IMG/VR virus record: IMGVR_UViG_3300009680_000012
Span: 438-64,437 of that record
From: a virus
Lineage: Duplodnaviria; Caudoviricetes
Reading direction: 5' to 3' (one strand)
Length of the DNA: 64,000 nucleotides
The notes below the pieces were generated by a model. It was not told where the DNA came from. It saw only the letters and a program-made list of their open reading frames with translations, and searched no databases. This document shows, one piece after another, positions 63,232 through 64,000 of the stretch. Every line of letters begins with the position of its first letter. Within the stretch, counting starts at the first letter, position 1. The translations under genes were made by a program, and so were the position numbers.

Positions 63232-63268
63232 TTAGAAGTCTAGGTGGTCAGACCACCTAGACTTCTAA
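63232..63268. repeat. 37-bp perfect palindrome
   Basis: TTAGAAGTCTAGGTGGTC-A-GACCACCTAGACTTCTAA. Confidence 0.9.
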
Positions 63269-63592
63269 GATTTCTATGGTCACCTTGACCCGTTTAAAAG
63301 TTTTACCCGGGGATGTTATAATCCCTGCAATTTCCCAGGGGTTGGAGTCTTTGCCGACAAAAGTTTTTACTCTTTTGCCGTCTTTGGTTTTTTGGTCTGA
63401 AACTGCACACTCGGTGCTGAACTTATCCCCAACTTTGGCCTTTTTGGGGCCTTTGCTGGTACTTGCCCCATTGGCCTTTGATGCCAGGTCCAACAACTTC
63501 GTCGCATCCTCCAAGGTCAATGTTCCTGCGGCGACGGCTTTTAAAATTTCAGCCGTTCCTTCCAGTTTGACTTCACCCTTCTTTTTTGCCAT
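63257..63592 (-). CDS. Basic hypothetical protein with a SHOCT-like N-terminal helix pair
   Basis: AAGGGAGG RBS; ILKAVAAGTLTLEDATKLL; first gene of the early operon. Confidence 0.7.
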   Translation of the reverse strand: MAKKKGEVKLEGTAEILKAVAAGTLTLEDATKLLDLASKANGASTSKGPKKAKVGDKFSTECAVSDQKTKDGKRVKTFVGKDSNPWEIAGIITSPGKTFKRVKVTIEILEV

Positions 63593-63858
63593 TCAAAAGT
63601 CCTCCCTTAAACTTAATTTTAAACCAGGGTACTGGCTACTCACTGTCCGCCTCCCCGATTTGCTGGCTCCATCATGCCACCCCGACGGAAAGTCCGCAAC
63701 GTATCGCCCCGCAACGTCCGAGTTTTCGGCGTTTCCGGACGACGCACCGCGACGCATTGCGACCCCGATCTGGCACTTGGTTGACATAATGACCAGGGTA
63801 TCCCGGTCGGTATCGCGATCCGGCCTAGGGTGCTAAAGCCACAGGTGAGTATGTGTAC

Positions 63859-63936
63859 TATTTCCAGAAATTAGGTTGTCTATTTCCAGAAACTAGGTGA
63901 ACTATTTCCAGAAACTAGATATTTTATTTCCAGAAA
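63859..63936 (+). repeat. Four TATTTCCAGAAA repeats with exact 22-bp period
   Basis: Copies at 63859, 63881, 63903, 63925; core TTTC-CA-GAAA is palindromic. Confidence 0.9.
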
Positions 63937-64000
63937 TTCTCTAAACTTACTACAAATTATTCCCAAATCTGTAAACTCACTTAGTCATTTCCACAAGGGA

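Noticed and set aside
63232-63268. N15-like telRL linear-plasmid telomere
   Set aside because: No protelomerase or other tyrosine-recombinase-fold gene recognised in the window
1-64000. tRNA genes or stop-codon reassignment
   Set aside because: No cloverleaf/T-loop signature noticed; conserved genes are intact under standard code 11

Overview
The window appears to be most or all of a ~64 kb tailed dsDNA phage of a spore-forming Firmicute, probably Clostridia. Host is inferred from AAGGAGGTG ribosome-binding sites, sigA-type promoters, an alpha/beta SASP gene and Spo0A boxes. Virion genes look podovirus-like: terminase, P22-like portal, scaffold, major capsid, adaptor/nozzle, three ejection-type proteins including one of 3179 aa, and no tape measure or sheath. 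Layout: (i) 0.4-5.7 kb plus-strand maintenance/accessory genes (RHH, MazG-like, ParM/ParR-like pair, SASP, YdjM-like hydrolase); (ii) 5.7-10 kb minus-strand FtsK/SpoIIIE + Replic_Relax operon, DUF1599, 3D-domain protein and ThyX; (iii) 10-44 kb plus-strand primase, a structured ~285-nt leader/ncRNA, packaging genes with an inserted Tad1 anti-Thoeris sponge, structural genes with a papain-like protease, lysis and a tail-fibre cassette; (iv) 44-63.6 kb minus-strand replication/recombination genes (UDG-fused PolA, RuvC-like, SSB, Sak4-like, PD-(D/E)XK, SNF2) and early genes; (v) 62.1-64 kb dense cluster of hairpins, palindromes and phased repeats. I see no integrase, tRNA, CRISPR array or reverse transcriptase. 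The best candidate for an undescribed system is a phage-plasmid sporulation-hitchhiking island at 3.1-8.2 kb (ParMR, SASP, FtsK/SpoIIIE and Replic_Relax under sigK/E- and sigG-like promoters), possibly acting with the sso/oriT-like cis cluster at 62.9-63.9 kb. All family calls come from motif recognition by eye; no database searches were run.
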